NCBI GenBank assembly: GCA_964477825.1
Contig: CAYZEW010000003.1
Location: forward strand, 28,715 to 52,714
Direction: 5' to 3'
DNA length: 24,000 bases
Source of the DNA: an uncultured Candidatus Izemoplasmatales bacterium
Lineage (GTDB): Bacteria; Bacillota_I; Bacilli_A; Izemoplasmatales; Izemoplasmataceae
The stretch's first letter is position 1; each line of letters begins with the position of its first letter. Below are positions 23,318 to 24,000 of the stretch, one piece after another. The notes under the pieces were generated by a model. That model did no database searches, had not been told where the DNA came from, and saw only the letters and a program-made list of their open reading frames with translations. The translations under genes were made by a program, and so were the position numbers.

Positions 23318-24000
23318 ACATTTTTTTCTGAAATCAGACTAATCAATAAATCAACAAATTTCTGTTTATCCATTTTTTTACATACTTTATAATTACTTTT
23401 TCTTCCTTCTACTATAAATTGTTTTCCATATAATTCATCATCTTCAACAATAATATCTAAATAGGCACTTTCATATTCTAAGGCAATGGTATCATCGATT
23501 AAAATTGCAATAATTCCTGGGTCAGCTAAAATAAAGCCTTTTCCTTGTCCTAACTTAATGCTGAATTCTACTAAGGACTGATTAATATCAATTACAAATT
23601 TAGCAAGTTTTGAGTTGATTTCTAAGATCCTATCAATATCATTCTCATTAATATTAACCCCGGTTAAACAAGTATTCCAAGGCAATAAAACCATCTCAGG
23701 ATAAAACTCAGAAACAATTTTTACAGCTTCAGCATCGACATAATAGTTAAACTCGGCATGAGGAGTCATATTTCCTTCTCCAAAACCGTTACCACCCATT
23801 ATATAAACCTTACGAACTTTTGCCATTGTTTTTGGATCTTTCTTTATTGCTAAGGCAACATTTGTTAATGGTCCAATTGCAACAATATCTATTTCTTTAG
23901 GATTCTCTTTGACTAAATCAATCATTGCCTCAACTGCCTTTTTTTCTTCAACCACTTTCTTTAGCATTGGTAAATCAATATCACCCATCCCATTCATTCC
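23305..24000 (-). CDS. Inosine-uridine-preferring nucleoside hydrolase family protein (C-terminal ~230 aa; N-terminus beyond the right edge)
   Basis: DIVAIGPLTNVALAIKKDP and MGGNGFGEGNMTPHAEFNYYVDAEAV are typical IUNH motifs. The reading frame stays open to position 24000. The N-terminal DxDxxxDD motif would lie outside the window. Confidence 0.8.
   Translation of the reverse strand, partial: GMNGMGDIDLPMLKKVVEEKKAVEAMIDLVKENPKEIDIVAIGPLTNVALAIKKDPKTMAKVRKVYIMGGNGFGEGNMTPHAEFNYYVDAEAVKIVSEFYPEMVLLPWNTCLTGVNINENDIDRILEINSKLAKFVIDINQSLVEFSIKLGQGKGFILADPGIIAILIDDTIALEYESAYLDIIVEDDELYGKQFIVEGRKSNYKVCKKMDKQKFVDLLISLISEKNVKKE

Noticed and set aside
1-24000. Search for mobile elements, defence systems, CRISPR arrays, toxin-antitoxin pairs and tRNA/rRNA genes.
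   Set aside because: I recognised no transposase, integrase, recombinase, nuclease, Cas or phage-like ORFs. There are no regularly spaced direct repeats, and no terminal inverted repeats flank any block. No GC-rich cloverleaf-sized intergenic segment is present. The only repeats are terminator palindromes, the 32-nt deoD tract and one short 18-nt tandem.

Overview
Visibly AT-rich chromosomal window from a low-GC Gram-positive or Mollicutes-like anaerobe. It uses the standard genetic code: TGA acts as a stop and Trp is TGG. Genes are tightly packed, several are lipoproteins, and convergent genes share bidirectional terminators. I saw no rRNA, tRNA, CRISPR, transposase, integrase or phage genes. 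The window has three blocks. (1) 1-7600 is a tungsten module. On the minus strand a Moco/Tuco-type riboswitch with an intrinsic terminator precedes tupA-tupB-tupC-moeA and a second moeA-like gene cut by the left edge. Divergent from it on the plus strand is a consensus sigma-A promoter driving a tungsten-type aldehyde:ferredoxin oxidoreductase (aor), a radical-SAM/SPASM maturase, a MoaD-like GG-terminated carrier and a ThiF/MoeB-like E1. (2) 7600-10900 holds miscellaneous genes: a small lipoprotein, a guanylate-kinase-like protein, L25/Ctc, a DUF5684-like membrane protein, a NUDIX hydrolase and a DUF606 membrane protein. (3) 11041-22227 looks like one long minus-strand nucleoside-scavenging operon. 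Its order is promoter, about 165-nt leader, deoD paralogue, YjjI-type glycyl radical enzyme, YjjW-type activase, MFS transporter, BMP-lipoprotein/ABC nucleoside importer (4 genes), second deoD, a stand-alone MgsA/RarA C-terminal-domain protein, then cdd. The right edge carries an HSL-family esterase and a truncated nucleoside hydrolase. The best candidate for an undescribed system is the function-unknown YjjI/YjjW glycyl-radical pair wired into nucleoside catabolism. The aor-rSAM-MoaD-ThiF maturation cassette and the ATPase-less MgsA_C protein come second. All family calls come from motifs read by eye and from remembered family signatures. No database search was run.
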